Positions 62,793 to 64,000 of a DNA stretch of 64,000 bases are shown piece by piece. Source of the stretch: a virus. Taxonomy: Duplodnaviria; Caudoviricetes. Location: positions 16,938-80,937 of IMG/VR virus record IMGVR_UViG_3300048923_000295; one strand, 5' to 3'. Within the stretch, counting starts at the first letter, position 1, and each line of letters begins with the position of its first letter. The notes under the pieces are model-generated. The model did no database searches. It was given only the letters and a program-made list of their open reading frames with translations, and was not told the DNA's origin. A program made the position numbers and the translations under genes.

Positions 62793-63079
62793 GCTGGCTC
62801 CGGCTCCCGTGGCCGTCCCGCCGGACGGTTGCATCCCTCGAACGAAAGGTCGCCACCATGGCCACCAACCAGGAGAAGCTGGACGCCGCCGTCACCGCCA
62901 TCGGTGAGGACATCACGGCGATCGCGGCCGAGATCGAGACGTTGAAGGCGCAGGTCGCCGCAGGCGAGCCGCTCGACTTCTCGCGCGTCGACGAGCTGGT
63001 CGCGCGGGTCGACGCGGTCGCGAACCCGCCCGCCCCGGAGCCCGAGCCGACGCCGGCCCCGGACGAGCCCACCGTCTGA
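62789..63079 (+). CDS. small coiled-coil protein
   Basis: MATNQEKLDAAVTAIGEDITAIAAEIETLK; alternative ATG at 62858. Confidence 0.65.
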   Translation: MSWLRLPWPSRRTVASLERKVATMATNQEKLDAAVTAIGEDITAIAAEIETLKAQVAAGEPLDFSRVDELVARVDAVANPPAPEPEPTPAPDEPTV

Positions 63080-63093
63080 CCCCAGACGCCAGC

Positions 63094-63136
63094 GCGCCCC
63101 CGGCCGCCCACGAGAGTGGGTGGCCGGGGGCGCTTT
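63094..63136 (+). terminator. intrinsic terminator ending the late operon
   Basis: 18-bp stem GCGCCCCCGGCCGCCCAC-GAGA-GTGGGTGGCCGGGGGCGC followed by TTT. Confidence 0.85.
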
Positions 63137-63181
63137 CGGCATGCCCAGGATCAGGACGTGCGGCTGATCCGTACAGCCCGG

Positions 63182-63424
63182 TCAGATCGGGCCTTGGCGG
63201 CGCTCCTCCTGCGACGACGGATCCTCCGGTGCCTCGAGCGTCTCGGCGGTCTCGGCCGACCGGGCCGCCTCCGGCCCCTCGCCCGGTGCCCACACGGTCC
63301 GGTCCACCAGCCCGTGCGGGCACCGGCCGCTGCCGTCCTTCGACGATGCTCGGGTGCCGCGGATCCCGGCGAGTGCTGCGCCGCGGGCACGGCGGCATTT
63401 CCGGCAGGCCGTCACGCTGATCAT
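63182..63424 (-). CDS. small hypothetical protein
   Basis: MISVTACRKC...CPHG; start uncertain. Confidence 0.45.
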   Translation of the reverse strand: MISVTACRKCRRARGAALAGIRGTRASSKDGSGRCPHGLVDRTVWAPGEGPEAARSAETAETLEAPEDPSSQEERRQGPI

Positions 63425-63483
63425 CGGCACGATGCGGTCCGCCGCGGCGACCGCATCGGGGTCCTGGTCCTGCGCCTCAGCGG

Positions 63484-63774
63484 TCACTTCTTCTTCACCC
63501 GCCCGCTGCCGCCGCAGGCGGTGCACTTCGTGACGGCGTTGCCGGAGAATCGGCCGTCCTCGTCGACCTCCTGGCGGCCGGATTCGACCTCGCCCTTCCC
63601 CTCGCAGGCCGAGCAGTCGCCCCACTCCACCGGCTTGTCTCCGGTGTTGCCACCGGCCTTCTTCTTGTCCTTGTCGCTGTCGTCGCGGGCGACAGGCTCC
63701 CTGCCGCCGCGCTTGGTGCCGCCGCGACCGGAGGATGCGCCGCCGTCCGTGTTCCCCCGCTTGTTCCAGACCAT
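63484..63774 (-). CDS. DnaJ-type zinc-finger protein
   Basis: CSACEGKG ... CTACGGSG. Confidence 0.7.
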   Translation of the reverse strand: MVWNKRGNTDGGASSGRGGTKRGGREPVARDDSDKDKKKAGGNTGDKPVEWGDCSACEGKGEVESGRQEVDEDGRFSGNAVTKCTACGGSGRVKKK

Positions 63775-64000
63775 CCGCGTTCTCCGTCCCGCCGTCTCTG
63801 CCGGTACGACGGGGAGAGTAGCCCGGAATACGCGGGCGGGAAGCAAGCGTGCCGGATGGGTAACCATCCCGCCTGGGTCAGACTGCGGCGACCCGGCGGC
63901 TCAACTCCGCCACCAGGCTCTCCCGCTGCCACGGGACCATCTCGGCCGCCAGGCGGCGCGCGCGGTCGTGCACCTCCGCGTTGGGAGCCGCAGAGACCAC

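Noticed and set aside
1-64000. Integrase, att sites, DNA polymerase/primase, IS elements
   Set aside because: No recombinase, transposase or polymerase motifs found in the window; prophage status and ends cannot be fixed from this sequence.

Overview
The window is a large segment of a very high-GC actinobacterial siphovirus or prophage, probably from a filamentous actinomycete (it carries BldC-like, Lsr2 and TraB genes). No integrase or attachment site is visible. Layout: early and accessory genes (1-23.6 kb), two ADP-ribosyltransferases, terminase, HNH, portal, head, tail, glycanase-bearing tail proteins and lysis genes (23.6-63.1 kb), then a short leftward tail of small genes. The main discovery is at 3424-5178. 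A stand-alone RAMP/Cas7-like gene is followed by five arrays of strictly 5-nt-periodic GGY-NN units with variable NN, and arrays 2-5 are separated by three covarying tRNA-like (T-arm/minihelix) modules. This looks like a compact RNA-guided system with no CRISPR repeats; from memory, unverified, it resembles the recently reported phage VIPR systems. Other notable items: a TraB/Spd/GntR conjugation module inside a phage; a P[KT]L[AG]xL[AS][GKR] peptide motif shared by five head-region proteins; tandem Arg-type ARTs with small W-x-PGD peptides between them; a Thg1-like 3'-5' polymerase; an intein in a UvrD-like helicase; an Acb2/Tad1-like protein; an antisense tRNA-like element; and pectate-lyase, GH5 and malectin-GH26 tail modules. 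All family calls come from motif recognition by eye; no database searches were run.
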